A stretch of 64,000 bases of DNA from Thermoanaerobaculia bacterium (lineage in GTDB: Bacteria; Acidobacteriota; Thermoanaerobaculia; UBA5066): positions 448,001 through 512,000 of the forward strand of contig CAVRAY010000002.1 in the NCBI GenBank assembly GCA_963719225.1, read 5' to 3'. The notes beneath the pieces were generated by a model. The model worked only from the letters and a program-made list of their open reading frames with translations. It was not told where the DNA came from and made no database searches. This document shows positions 10,821 through 20,983 of the stretch, piece by piece; position 1 is the first letter of the stretch, and each line of letters begins with the position of its first letter. Made by a program: the position numbers and the translations under genes.

Positions 10821-11963
10821 CTACGGCTTCTTCGCCTCGAGCGCCTTCTGCACGCTCTTCGAGAGCTCGGGCATGCGCTTGCCCTTCACGGTCTCGAGGT
10901 AGAGCGACACGACGGCGCGGGGGCCGGCCTGGAGAGCCGAAAGATACTTCTCGCGTCCGGACAGGCGCAGGAGCGCGTCCGTCACCTGCACGCCCACGAT
11001 GGCCGGGTACCGGCTCCAGAAGTCGCCCTTGCCCGCGTTCAGGAGGAGATCCTGGCGCTCGGTCTCCTTCTTCTTCCCTTCGAGGAGCACGTCCGCCGCG
11101 CGATTCCACCGCGCGAAGGCACGCACGATCGGCTCTTCCAGAAGGGGGACGATCGGAAAGAAATCGTCCGGGATGAGGAAGAGAGTCGGAGGCCCCTCGG
11201 CGATCGTCCGCGCGAGGAGGGTGTCGAAATCGGCCGCTTTCTCGTCGGGCCACGCCGGCGCCCTTCGCACGTGCTCGTCGAAGAGGAAGCGCCAGCCTTC
11301 GGCGGAAGCCGCGCGCAGGAGCTTCAGGACCACTTCGCGCGGCAACGGCGCCGAGGCGAGATCGCCCGTGAGGCGCGGCAGGTCCGCGGCGAGGACGAGC
11401 CGGTCTCCGTCACGGACGGTCGCGACTTCGGCGAAGCCGGAGACGCCGAAAAATGGCACGACGACGAAGGACGCCGTCACGGGAGTCGCGGTGGGCAGAA
11501 GCGACGCGATGCGCCGACCCTCCAGGACGGCCCCCGGCGTCCCGTCCGTCTCGATCGCCTCGAGGACCCTCGTGAAATACGGGATCTTCGGAATGAACGT
11601 CGTCAGGAGAGGGTCCGGCGTCCCGGCGATCGTGGAGACGAGACGCCCGTAGAAATCGTCGGGCGAGAGCCCTTCGGCCCGGATCGCCGCCGTGGCGTTC
11701 GCCGACGCCTTGAGGTGCCGAAGCGTCGCCGGCGCGTCCGGAGCGCCGGAGAGAAGCGCGAGAACGTCGCGCGCGGGCGCCGTGTCGATCGTGAACGACA
11801 GGCGGTGCGGCGTCGGAGCCGCGAGGTCGAACGGCGGGCCGGAAGGACGGGCGGCCGGAGACGCGTCGGCCGCCCGCGCCGAAGGAGAAGGCCAGGCCGA
11901 GAAGACGGCGGCGGCCGCGAGGGCCAGGAGATCGAAGCCGCGTGAGAATCTCGAATCAGCCAA
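10821..11963 (-). CDS. Secreted hypothetical protein, possibly a degenerate DUF5700/gluzincin-like fold
   Basis: TTG at 11963 overlaps the end of the HAD gene; signal-peptide-like N-terminus. RTIAEGPPT and the C-terminal VGVQVTDALLRLSGREKYL...LY pattern resemble putative Zn proteases, but there is no HExxH. Confidence 0.6.
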   Translation of the reverse strand: MADSRFSRGFDLLALAAAAVFSAWPSPSARAADASPAARPSGPPFDLAAPTPHRLSFTIDTAPARDVLALLSGAPDAPATLRHLKASANATAAIRAEGLSPDDFYGRLVSTIAGTPDPLLTTFIPKIPYFTRVLEAIETDGTPGAVLEGRRIASLLPTATPVTASFVVVPFFGVSGFAEVATVRDGDRLVLAADLPRLTGDLASAPLPREVVLKLLRAASAEGWRFLFDEHVRRAPAWPDEKAADFDTLLARTIAEGPPTLFLIPDDFFPIVPLLEEPIVRAFARWNRAADVLLEGKKKETERQDLLLNAGKGDFWSRYPAIVGVQVTDALLRLSGREKYLSALQAGPRAVVSLYLETVKGKRMPELSKSVQKALEAKKP

Positions 11964-12678
11964 GGATCGCCTCGAGCGCCCGGGCGGTGTCGGAGAAGTC
12001 CGCGAGGAGCGCGTGCGCCCCGGCGGCGCGGAGGGCGGGCAGCGCGGTGCGACCCGTGCCCACGGCGACGGCACGGGCGCCGAGCGAGAGGCCGCACGCG
12101 ACGTCGTGTCGTGAGTCGCCCACGACGACGCACTCTCTCCCGGTGAAGGAAAGGCCCGTGACGGGCCGGGCACGCATGAGCGCGACGGGACCCAGGTCAT
12201 CGCGGCACGCGCCGTCGTCGCCCCACACGCCGAACGTGAAACGGTGCCAGATGCCCGCGGAAGAGAGCTTGAGCCGCGCGCCGCGCTCCACGTTTCCGGT
12301 CAGGAGCGCCAGAACGAGGCCGGGGACGTTCTCGAGCGCGTCGAGAAGGGCGAGGACCCCCGGCTTGAGAACGGGGGGGCGCTCCTCGAGGGCGGCTTCC
12401 AGCCGGTCGAGGTAGAGCGCGAGCGCGTCGGCACGCCGTGCGGCGATCGTCTCGTCCGCGAGGCCCGCCCCTCGCATGAGGTCGGTCACGATCAGGGGAT
12501 CGAGGCGCCCTTCGAAGGCGTAGCCGTCGACGTCGCCGCTCGTGCCGTAGACCTCCTCGAGCGCCGACGCGAACGTCGTGCGCGCGGCGGGCCCGGTCGA
12601 GAGGAGCGTGCCGTCGACGTCGAACAGGATGAGGCGGTTCCGGGCGACGGCGCCCGGCGCGGCGCTCGTCGCGCTCAT
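11956..12678 (-). CDS. HAD-superfamily hydrolase/phosphatase
   Basis: LFDVDGTL, LLTGN and VVVGDSRHD motifs; ATG at 12678 overlaps the upstream TGA. Confidence 0.92.
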   Translation of the reverse strand: MSATSAAPGAVARNRLILFDVDGTLLSTGPAARTTFASALEEVYGTSGDVDGYAFEGRLDPLIVTDLMRGAGLADETIAARRADALALYLDRLEAALEERPPVLKPGVLALLDALENVPGLVLALLTGNVERGARLKLSSAGIWHRFTFGVWGDDGACRDDLGPVALMRARPVTGLSFTGRECVVVGDSRHDVACGLSLGARAVAVGTGRTALPALRAAGAHALLADFSDTARALEAILG

Positions 12679-13562
12679 CGCGCCCCCTCCGGCGGAGAAA
12701 GATGCGTGGAAAGCGTGCGCACGAATTCGGGAAACACTCGTCTCCAGTACGGCCAGTCGTGCACTCCGGTTTCCAGGACGACGGAATGGGGAATGGAAAA
12801 CGCCTCGAGATAGCGGTCGAGAAAGGATGCGATCTCCGCGAGGCGATACCGGTCCTCCGTGCCGCACCGGACGTGAAGGAAGGGAACGCGCGCCGCGAGC
12901 TGTGGGTCGTCCAGGAGCATGGCGTAGAGATCGTTCTGCCTCAGGACGTTCTTCACCGGGTCGACCCCGAACGCCTTCTCGAGCGACGGCCGGACGAAAA
13001 AGGGCATCGCCTGGACCGCCGGCCAGCACATCTGCTCGATCGCGGGTGACAGCCCGCCGGCCGCGCAGAAGAAAGCGGGCTCCGCGAACGCCCAGCGCAG
13101 GGCTCCATATCCGCCCATCGAGATCCCGGCGACGAGACGGGACCCGCGCGACGCGACCGTACGGTACCGCGCGTCCACGAACGGCACGAGCGTCCTGGTG
13201 AGGAACGTCGCATAGCGCGAGCCGCCCCCCTGCGCGTCGACGAACCAGGTCCCCACGCCGCGCGGCACCACGACGAGCATCTCGGGCAGACGGCCCTCGC
13301 GCATTTCCTTCTCGAGCGCGTCGGCGAGTCCCTGGCCGAAGAAGACGCTCTCGTCGCCGCGGCCGTCGTGGAGGAAATAGAGGACCGGGAATCGCCGCGC
13401 CGAATCGGACGCGTAGGAAGGCGGCGTCATCACGACGACACGCACCCCTTTCGGCAAGGCCGGCACGACCATTCGCTCTTCGAGGCGAGAGGCCGACGCG
13501 TGCGCCCGAAAGGGCATGAGCGCGACGAGAAGGGCGGCGGCGTGGAGTCCTAGTCGCGTCAA
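12675..13562 (-). CDS. Secreted alpha/beta-hydrolase esterase (Fes/antigen-85-like)
   Basis: Signal peptide, FPVLYFLH, GISMGG nucleophile elbow, CGTED and GVHDWPYW. Confidence 0.88.
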   Translation of the reverse strand: MTRLGLHAAALLVALMPFRAHASASRLEERMVVPALPKGVRVVVMTPPSYASDSARRFPVLYFLHDGRGDESVFFGQGLADALEKEMREGRLPEMLVVVPRGVGTWFVDAQGGGSRYATFLTRTLVPFVDARYRTVASRGSRLVAGISMGGYGALRWAFAEPAFFCAAGGLSPAIEQMCWPAVQAMPFFVRPSLEKAFGVDPVKNVLRQNDLYAMLLDDPQLAARVPFLHVRCGTEDRYRLAEIASFLDRYLEAFSIPHSVVLETGVHDWPYWRRVFPEFVRTLSTHLSPPEGAR

Positions 13563-13598
13563 GCGGCCATTCTAAAGCGCCCCTGTTAACCTTGCGGG

Positions 13599-14360
13599 AT
13601 GCCCGGGTTGGAAGGGATGCGCGCGCGGATTCTCGAAGGCGAGACCGCCATCGTGACGGGCGGGGGGCGCGGTCTCGGCCGTGCGATCGCGCTCGTTCTG
13701 GCGGGCGCCGGGGCCACCGTCGCCGTCGCGTCACGCTCCGCCGACCAGGTCGAGCGCACGAAGAGGGAGATCGAAAGCGCGGGGGGAAAGGCGCTCGCGC
13801 TCGCGACGGACGTGACCTCCCGGACCGCGGTCGAGGCGCTCATAGAGAGGACGCGGGAGGCCACGGGGCGCCTCGACATCGTCGTGAACAACGCGGGCGT
13901 CTTCGTGTGGAAGGCGCTCGGCGATCTCGACGAGAGCGAGTGGGACCGCATCCTCGACACGAACCTCAAGGCGAGCTACCTGCTCGTGCGCGCCGCCCTG
14001 CCCTCTCTCGTCGCGTGCGGGCGCGGGCGAATCATCAACGTCGCGTCCATACACGGCACGATCGGCGAGGCGAACGTCGTGGCTCACTGTGCCGCGAAGT
14101 TCGGGCTCGTGGGCTTCACGAAAGCGCTCGCCGCCGAGCTGCGCGGCGCGGGCGTGACCGTCAACGCGATCTGTCCGGGCTCCACGGACAACAAGAGCCT
14201 CGAGATGACCGGCCGGCGCCGCGCGGCGCCTCTCCGGGAAAAGCTCGACGCGCACGACGTCGCCGAGGCCGCTCTCTTCCTGGTGTCCCCCGCGGCAGCC
14301 GCGATCTCGGGAGCGGTCCTCGACATCTGGGGCGGGACCTCGATCTCCATCACGGGCTGA
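13599..14360 (+). CDS. Short-chain dehydrogenase/reductase (FabG-like) with HxxxK in place of YxxxK
   Basis: TGGGRGLG, NNAG, INVAS, AHCAAK and NAICPG. Confidence 0.9.
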   Translation: MPGLEGMRARILEGETAIVTGGGRGLGRAIALVLAGAGATVAVASRSADQVERTKREIESAGGKALALATDVTSRTAVEALIERTREATGRLDIVVNNAGVFVWKALGDLDESEWDRILDTNLKASYLLVRAALPSLVACGRGRIINVASIHGTIGEANVVAHCAAKFGLVGFTKALAAELRGAGVTVNAICPGSTDNKSLEMTGRRRAAPLREKLDAHDVAEAALFLVSPAAAAISGAVLDIWGGTSISITG

Positions 14361-15444
14361 GGCGCTGGCCCGTCTCCGCGTCGAAGAGGTGTAGGGCCGC
14401 CACGTCCGCGTAAAGCGCGAGCCGGGCGCCGGACTCGGGCGGGCGCGCCGGCGCCACGCGTGCCGCCACGGCGGTCCCGGGAGGAGCGCCGACGAATCCG
14501 TGGACGATGACTTCGTGGCCGAGCGGCTCCACCATCGCGACACGCACGTCCAGCGGCGCGCGCCCCGGTCCGGGCTCCTCGTACAGGTGCTCGGGCCGGA
14601 TGCCCACGACCACGCGCAGACCTTCGCGTCCCGCCGTGGCCGCGCGCCGGGCAGGAGGGATCGGGAGGACGAACCCGTCGCCCGACAGGGCCGCCCCTCC
14701 CTCTTCGACCCGGGCCGGCAGCCGGTTGATCGGAGGGGTGCCGAGGAAGCCCGCGACGAAGAGGTTCTGGGGGTTCCGGTACACGTCGAGCGGCGCGCCG
14801 ACCTGCTGGAGAAGCCCGTCGTTGAGAACGGCGATCCGGTGGCCGAGGGTCATCGCCTCGACCTGATCGTGCGTGACGTAGATCGACGTCGTCGCGTAGC
14901 GCTCCTGAAGGCGCGCGAGCTCGGCCCGCATCTGAACGCGGAGCGCGGCGTCGAGGTTCGAAAGCGGCTCGTCGAAGAGGAAGAGCGCGGGCCTGCGGAC
15001 CAGGGCGCGGCCGAGCGCGACGCGCTGGCGCTGCCCGCCGGAGAGCTGGCGGGGCGTGCGGTCGAGGTACGGCGAGAGGCCGAGGTACTCCGCCGCGTCA
15101 CGGAGCCGCTCCTCCGCCTCCTGGCGCGGCACCTTGCGCATCTCGAGGCCGAACGAGAGGTTCTCGCGGACGGTCATGTGCGGATACAACGCATAGCTCT
15201 GGAAGACCATCGCAATGTCCCTTTCGCGCGGCGCGACGCCGTTCACGACGCGGCCCCCGATCGAGATCGTGCCCTCGGTGGGCTCATCGAGGCCCGCGAT
15301 GAGGCGCAGCGCGGTCGACTTTCCGCAGCCCGAAGGGCCCACGAGAACGAGGAATTCGCCCGCGAGAACGTCCAGGTCGAGCCCGGAGAGGACTCGCGTC
15401 GTCCCGTAGGACTTGCCGACCTTGTCGAGACGGACTCCCTCCAC
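14350..15444 (-). CDS. Sugar ABC transporter ATP-binding protein (MalK/UgpC family)
   Basis: GPSGCGKS, LSGGQRQR, DEPLSNLD, YVTHDQVEAM and TOBE C-terminus; GTG at 15444 preceded by a GAGGAGG RBS. Confidence 0.95.
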   Translation of the reverse strand: MEGVRLDKVGKSYGTTRVLSGLDLDVLAGEFLVLVGPSGCGKSTALRLIAGLDEPTEGTISIGGRVVNGVAPRERDIAMVFQSYALYPHMTVRENLSFGLEMRKVPRQEAEERLRDAAEYLGLSPYLDRTPRQLSGGQRQRVALGRALVRRPALFLFDEPLSNLDAALRVQMRAELARLQERYATTSIYVTHDQVEAMTLGHRIAVLNDGLLQQVGAPLDVYRNPQNLFVAGFLGTPPINRLPARVEEGGAALSGDGFVLPIPPARRAATAGREGLRVVVGIRPEHLYEEPGPGRAPLDVRVAMVEPLGHEVIVHGFVGAPPGTAVAARVAPARPPESGARLALYADVAALHLFDAETGQRLSP

Positions 15445-15481
15445 GGGGCCTCCTCGCGGGATGTTAGGCCCGGAATCGCAC

Positions 15482-15525
15482 TTGACATCATTCACCCGGC
15501 TTTTACAGAATGTAAACGTTTACAT
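15482..15525 (+). promoter_or_regulatory. Sigma70 promoter (TTGACA...CAGAAT) overlapped by a perfect 16-bp LacI-type operator ATGTAAACGTTTACAT (15510-15525)
   Basis: Perfect palindrome with central CG, typical of LacI/GalR operators, between the divergent ATPase and LacI genes. Confidence 0.85.
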
Positions 15526-15532
15526 CGGCGCG

Positions 15533-16660
15533 ATGCGAGACTCGCGACTTCCCTCCGGGACCCGGCGTCCACGACCCAGGAGCGGCCGTCGGCAGAGGGA
15601 TGCCAGGACCGCGACGATCCGCGAGGTCGCACGGGCCGCCGGCGTTTCGGTCGCGACGGTCTCCCGCGTCTTGAACGGAAAGGGTCCGGTGCGCGAGGAC
15701 ACGACTCGCACCGTGCGGGCGGCGGCCGACCGCCTGCGGTACGTTCCTCACGGCGGCGCCCGGAGCCTCATCACCCGGCGGACGAACGCGATCGGCGTTC
15801 TCCTGCCCGATCTCTTCGGCGAGTTCTTCTCCGAGGCGATCCGCGGCATCGACCGCGAGGCGCGCCCGGCCGGATACCAGCTCCTCGTCTCGGGCTCCCA
15901 CGGCGACCGGGCCCAGGCCGAAGCGGCTCTCCGCGCGATGCGCGGCCGCGTGGACGGGCTCGTGGTCATGTCTCCGAACGTCGCCGGGCCGACCCTGAGC
16001 GCGAATCTCCCCGAAGGCTGGCCCGTCATGCTCCTGAACTGCGCCGTGGACGGGGCGGCCTTCGATTCGATCAACATCGACAACGAAGGCGGCGCCGCCG
16101 CGATGGTGACGCACCTCGTCGCGCTCGGCCATCGCCGCATCGCGCACGTGACGGGGCCCGCCGACAACTGGGACGCGCGGGAGCGCCTTCGCGGCTACCG
16201 GCGCGCCGTCCGGGCCCGAGGCGTGGAGGACAGACGCGAGCTCGAGGTCGCGGGCGACTTCACCGAGGAGTCCGGCTACCGGGCGGCCCGCCTCGTGCTC
16301 GGGATGAAGCCTGTCCCCACGGCGATCTTCGCGGCGAACGATTCCATGGCGGTCGGCCTCCTGAGCGCCTTCCAGGAGCTGGGGGTCCGGGTCCCAACCG
16401 ACATCGCGGTCGGCGGGTTCGACGACATTCCGATCGCGCGCTTCATGACGCCGCCCCTGTCCTCCGTCGCGGTCTCGATCGCGGACCTCGGCGCTCGCGC
16501 GATGGAGCGCCTGCTGACCGCTCTCGAGGATCCGCGCCGCCACGTCCCCCGCCATGAAACCCTGCCGACCCGCCTCGTCACGCGGCGCTCGTCCGGCAGC
16601 CGCTCGCCAAAGACTTCGGCATCGAGTCGTCACTTTCATACAAGGAGGAAGGATCAATGA
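15533..16660 (+). CDS. LacI-family transcriptional regulator
   Basis: TIREVARAAGVSVATVSRVLN HTH, FAANDSMA, GFDDI and PPLSSV. Confidence 0.95.
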   Translation: MRDSRLPSGTRRPRPRSGRRQRDARTATIREVARAAGVSVATVSRVLNGKGPVREDTTRTVRAAADRLRYVPHGGARSLITRRTNAIGVLLPDLFGEFFSEAIRGIDREARPAGYQLLVSGSHGDRAQAEAALRAMRGRVDGLVVMSPNVAGPTLSANLPEGWPVMLLNCAVDGAAFDSINIDNEGGAAAMVTHLVALGHRRIAHVTGPADNWDARERLRGYRRAVRARGVEDRRELEVAGDFTEESGYRAARLVLGMKPVPTAIFAANDSMAVGLLSAFQELGVRVPTDIAVGGFDDIPIARFMTPPLSSVAVSIADLGARAMERLLTALEDPRRHVPRHETLPTRLVTRRSSGSRSPKTSASSRHFHTRRKDQ

Positions 16661-19473
16661 GACAGCTCTTCACACGTCTTCTTTTCCTGGGTGCGCTCTG
16701 CGCGTGCGTGCCCGCCCTCGCGCAGACCACGACGGCGCGCCTGCAGGGGGTCATCCGCGACGCGCAGGGCCCGCTCCCGGGCGTGACCGTCGCGGCCGTC
16801 AACACGGAGAACGGGCTGCGGCGCGCCACGGTCACGGGGACGGACGGCGCTTACGAGCTCGTCGTGCCGCCCGGGCCGTATAACCTCACGGCGGGTACGC
16901 CCGCGCACCAGGAGCAGACGCAGGCGATCCGGGTCCAGGTCGGCCAGACGTTCGAGCAGAACTTCGAGCTGCAGCCGGGCAAGATGGTCACGGGAGCGGT
17001 TTCGGTCACGGCCGAGCTGACGCCCGAGGTGAAGTCGACGGAGGTCGCGACGAACGTCTCGAAGCAGCAGATCGAGGGCCTCCCTCAGATCAACCGCAAC
17101 TTCCTGAACTTCGTCGTCCTCGCCCCGGGCGCGCAGGTCTCGCACAACGAGCTGCGCCAGGAAATCAGCTACGGCGCCCAGGGCGCGTCGAACACGAACG
17201 TCTTCATCGACGGCACGAGCTTCAAGAACGACGTGACGCAGGGCGGCTCGGTCGGACAGGACGCGAGCCGCGGCAATCCTTTCCCCCAGAACGCCGTTCA
17301 GGAGTACCGCGTCATCACGCAGAACTACAAAGCCGAGTACCAGAAGGCCTCGAGCGTCATCATCTCGGCCGTCACGAAGTCCGGGACGAACGACTACCAC
17401 GGGGACGCCTTCTTCTACTACCAGAACAAGAGCCTCGTCGCCCAGGACAAGTTCACGCAGGCCCAGGGGGTCGCCAAGCCCGAGTACACGCGCTACCAGC
17501 CCGGCCTCTCTCTCGGCGGTCCGATCTCGAAGGACAAGCTCTTCTTCTTCTTTTCGTACGAAGGGAACTACCAGAACCGGGAGAACTCGGTCCTGCTCGG
17601 CGGCGACACGGGCTGGCCGCAATCTTTCCGAAGCACGTTCCAGAAGTACGTCGGGAACTTCCCGAGCGACTTTCGCGAGACAGTCGCCTTCGGCAAATTC
17701 TCGGCAATTCTCTCGGAGGGCTCGACGCTCGATCTCTCCGGCGACTGGAGACACGAGACCGACATCCGCGACTTCGGCGGCCAGACGAGCAATCAGGCCG
17801 CGACGAACGTCAAGAACGACGTCGGCAGCGCGCGCCTGAAGCACACCGGCATCTTCGGCAAGGTCCTGAACGAGGCGACGCTCGGCTGGCAGAAGTTCCG
17901 GTGGAATCCGGTCCCCGAGGACTCGAGTCTTCCCGGCCAGAACTACTTCGGCCTGATGCGGATCGGGTCGAAGGAGACGATCCAGGACATTTCGCAGAGC
18001 CGGTACTCGGTCCGCGACGACCTGACGCTGACGAGCTTCCAGGGAGCCGGCGACCACACCCTCAAGGGCGGGATCACGTTCGACTACCTGCAGTACCACG
18101 TCATCAAGCAGCAGAACGGCGTTCCGGTCTTCAACTTCCGCCCGGCCACCTTCAACGTCACGCCGGGCGACATGCCGTTCGAGGCGTTCTACGGCTTCGG
18201 GAACCCCGACCTCTCGACGAACAACAAGGAGTTCGGCATCTACGTCCAGGACGATTGGCGTATCACGCCGCGCCTGACCGCGAACATCGGCCTCAGGTGG
18301 GACTTCGAGACCGACATGCTGAACAACAACTACGTGACGCCCGCGAACGTGAGGGCCGGATTCTCGTCCGTCTACCCCTCGAACTACTTCACGGACGGCA
18401 CTCAGCGCGACACGTATTACGGCGCCGTTCAGCCGCGCATCGGCCTGTCCTTCGACGTCACGGGAGCCGGCAAGACCATCGCGTACGCCGGATACGGCAA
18501 GTACTACGACCGGACGCTCTACAACGACATCCTGGACGAGAAGTTCCGGCTTCAGTGGCCCACCTACCACTTCTTCTTCTCTGCGGACGGCAGCCCGCAG
18601 GACGGCAACCCCGCGATCAAGTGGGACCCCGCGATTCTCAGCGTCGCCGGCCTGAACAACCTGATCGCGAACGGCACCGCACCGGCGCCCGAGGTCTTCC
18701 TCCTGGACAACAACACGAAGCCGCCGTCTTCCGACCAGTGGAGCGCCGGTCTTCGCCACAACTTCGGCGTCTTCAGCGCGTCCGTCGGCTACATGGGCGT
18801 CCACAGCAAGGACCAGCTCACGTGGACGTGCGGCATCAAGAACTCCACGGGGGGCTGCGACTTCGGCGCGCGTCCGGCGGCGGGGCAGGGCTTCTCGATC
18901 CTCTCCCGCGGAAAGGAATCGTGGTACGACTCTGCCCAGGTCCAGCTCGACAAGCCCTGGAGGTCGGACTCGAAGTGGGCCGCGACCTTCTCGTACGTCT
19001 ACGGCTCTGCCAAGCAGACGGGAAACGACCTCTTCAGCTTCGGCAACCACGACCCGGTCTACGGCATCAAGCAGCGGAGCCCGAACGTCCAGAAGCACAC
19101 GATCACGGCCTCGGCCGTCGTCGGGCTGCCGTTCGACTTCCGCTTTGGAACGTTGATCACGCTCGGCTCGGGGTTCCCCTTCTTCGTCAACGACTGCTCG
19201 AAGGGCTTCGACGTCTGCGTCGAGAACATCGGCGGAGGCGACCCGCCGAAGTGGACGGAGAGCATCGACCTGCGCCTCGAGAAGAACTTCGTCTTCGGCG
19301 GCTCCTATTCGGTCGGCCTCATCGCCGAGGTCATCAACGTCTTCAATTTTTCGAACGAGCAGGGTTACGACAACTTCATCACGAAACTCCCCGAAGTGAA
19401 CGCGAACTTCGGCAAGCCGAACAGCGCCTACAACCCGCGCCGCGTGCAGTTCGGCGCGCGCTTCGCGTTCTGA
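16657..19473 (+). CDS. TonB-dependent receptor (Oar-like, carboxypeptidase-regulatory N-domain)
   Basis: Signal peptide, LPGVTV N-domain, AVTKSGTNDYHG, YVQDDWRITPRLTANIGLRWD and a terminal Phe (QFGARFAF). Confidence 0.93.
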   Translation: MRQLFTRLLFLGALCACVPALAQTTTARLQGVIRDAQGPLPGVTVAAVNTENGLRRATVTGTDGAYELVVPPGPYNLTAGTPAHQEQTQAIRVQVGQTFEQNFELQPGKMVTGAVSVTAELTPEVKSTEVATNVSKQQIEGLPQINRNFLNFVVLAPGAQVSHNELRQEISYGAQGASNTNVFIDGTSFKNDVTQGGSVGQDASRGNPFPQNAVQEYRVITQNYKAEYQKASSVIISAVTKSGTNDYHGDAFFYYQNKSLVAQDKFTQAQGVAKPEYTRYQPGLSLGGPISKDKLFFFFSYEGNYQNRENSVLLGGDTGWPQSFRSTFQKYVGNFPSDFRETVAFGKFSAILSEGSTLDLSGDWRHETDIRDFGGQTSNQAATNVKNDVGSARLKHTGIFGKVLNEATLGWQKFRWNPVPEDSSLPGQNYFGLMRIGSKETIQDISQSRYSVRDDLTLTSFQGAGDHTLKGGITFDYLQYHVIKQQNGVPVFNFRPATFNVTPGDMPFEAFYGFGNPDLSTNNKEFGIYVQDDWRITPRLTANIGLRWDFETDMLNNNYVTPANVRAGFSSVYPSNYFTDGTQRDTYYGAVQPRIGLSFDVTGAGKTIAYAGYGKYYDRTLYNDILDEKFRLQWPTYHFFFSADGSPQDGNPAIKWDPAILSVAGLNNLIANGTAPAPEVFLLDNNTKPPSSDQWSAGLRHNFGVFSASVGYMGVHSKDQLTWTCGIKNSTGGCDFGARPAAGQGFSILSRGKESWYDSAQVQLDKPWRSDSKWAATFSYVYGSAKQTGNDLFSFGNHDPVYGIKQRSPNVQKHTITASAVVGLPFDFRFGTLITLGSGFPFFVNDCSKGFDVCVENIGGGDPPKWTESIDLRLEKNFVFGGSYSVGLIAEVINVFNFSNEQGYDNFITKLPEVNANFGKPNSAYNPRRVQFGARFAF

Positions 19474-19477
19474 CGAT

Positions 19478-20983
19478 GTGACCCTCACGGGCGGCCCTAC
19501 GCTCATCGCCAACCGGACGGGGCGAGCCTCGATCGCTCGCCCCGTCCTCTCTGCGCTCTCCGCCGCTGTTCTCGCGGCCGCCTGTGCGCGCCCGCTCGCG
19601 CCGTCGGTCGAATTCGCGCCCGTCGCCGTCGCGCGGGAGAAGGCCGCCCTCTCGGCCGAAGACGTCGCCTTCCTCGACGATCTCGAACAGCGCACGTTCC
19701 GCTGGTTCTGGGAAAAGACGAATCCGAGGAACGGCCTCGTGCCCGACCGCGAGCCGACGCCCTCTTTCTCGAGCGTGGCGGCCGTCGGCTTCGGGCTCGC
19801 GGCGTATCCGATCGGGGTCGAGCGGGGCTGGGTCACGCGCGAGGCGGCGCGCGAGAGGACGCTGACGACGCTGCGCTTCCTTCGAGACGCGCCGGTCGGA
19901 GAGGCCGCGGCCGGCGTGGCGGGCACTCGAGGCTTCCTCTATCACTTCCTCGACATGGAGACGGGCCGGCGCTTCGAGAAGGTCGAGCTCTCGACGATCG
20001 ACACGGCGCTCTGCCTCGCGGGCGCGCTCCTTTGCGAGTCCTATTTCGACGGACAGGATCCCGCAGAGGCCGAGGTGCGCGCTCTCGCCCAGGAGCTCTT
20101 CCGCCGGGCGGACTGGGAGTGGGCCTCGCCCCGCCCGCCGCGGATCTCCATGGGTTGGGCGCCGGAGAAAGGTTTTCTCGACTACGACTGGCTCGGCTAC
20201 AACGAGGCGATGATCGTCCACATACTCGCTCTCGGATCGCCGACGCATCCCGTCGGTGGGGAAGCGTGGACGGCCTACACGTCGACGTACCGCTGGGCCA
20301 CGTTTCAAGGCCAGACGTTCCTCAACTTCGCTCCCCTCTTCGGACACCAGTACTCGCACGTGTTCCTCGATCTCGAGGGTATTCGCGACGCGTATATGCG
20401 CGAAAAGGGAATCGACTATTTCGAGAACTCCCGGCGCGCGACGCTCGCCCAGAGGGAGTATGCGATCGCGAATCCCGGCGGCTTCGCGGGCTACGGCCCC
20501 GAGGTGTGGGGTCTCACGGCGTGCGACGGCCCCGCGGACGTGACGCTCGACGTGAACGGGCGCCGCGTGCGCTTCTTCAGCTACGCGGCGCGCGGCGCCG
20601 GGGCCGGCGACGTGCGCGACGACGGCACGCTCGCGCCGGCGGCGGCGGCGGGCTCGCTGCCGTTCACGCCGGAGCTGTCCGTGAAGGCGCTTCGGACGAT
20701 GGTGGGGCGCTGGGGCGACGACCTCTACGGCGCGTACGGCTTCCGCGACGCGTTCAACCCGACGTTCACGTTCTCCGCGGCGCTCAAGCACGGCCGCGTC
20801 GTGCCGCAGAAAGGCTGGTTCGACGTGGACGCGCTCGGGATCGACCAGGGACCGATCCTCGCGATGATCGAGAATCTCCGGAGCGGCCTCGTGTGGAAAA
20901 CGATGCGTAAAAACCCGGCAATCGTGCGCGGCCTGGTCCGCGCCGGATTCACGGGCGGATGGCTCGAGCGCGCGATTCCCTGA
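19478..20983 (+). CDS. GH144-like (glucoamylase-family) endo-beta-1,2-glucanase, probable lipoprotein
   Basis: LAAAC lipobox; GFLYHF, ELSTIDT, YNEAM, PLFGHQYSH, WGLTACDG, YGFRDAFN and GIDQGP motifs. Start codon uncertain. Confidence 0.85.
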   Translation: MTLTGGPTLIANRTGRASIARPVLSALSAAVLAAACARPLAPSVEFAPVAVAREKAALSAEDVAFLDDLEQRTFRWFWEKTNPRNGLVPDREPTPSFSSVAAVGFGLAAYPIGVERGWVTREAARERTLTTLRFLRDAPVGEAAAGVAGTRGFLYHFLDMETGRRFEKVELSTIDTALCLAGALLCESYFDGQDPAEAEVRALAQELFRRADWEWASPRPPRISMGWAPEKGFLDYDWLGYNEAMIVHILALGSPTHPVGGEAWTAYTSTYRWATFQGQTFLNFAPLFGHQYSHVFLDLEGIRDAYMREKGIDYFENSRRATLAQREYAIANPGGFAGYGPEVWGLTACDGPADVTLDVNGRRVRFFSYAARGAGAGDVRDDGTLAPAAAAGSLPFTPELSVKALRTMVGRWGDDLYGAYGFRDAFNPTFTFSAALKHGRVVPQKGWFDVDALGIDQGPILAMIENLRSGLVWKTMRKNPAIVRGLVRAGFTGGWLERAIP

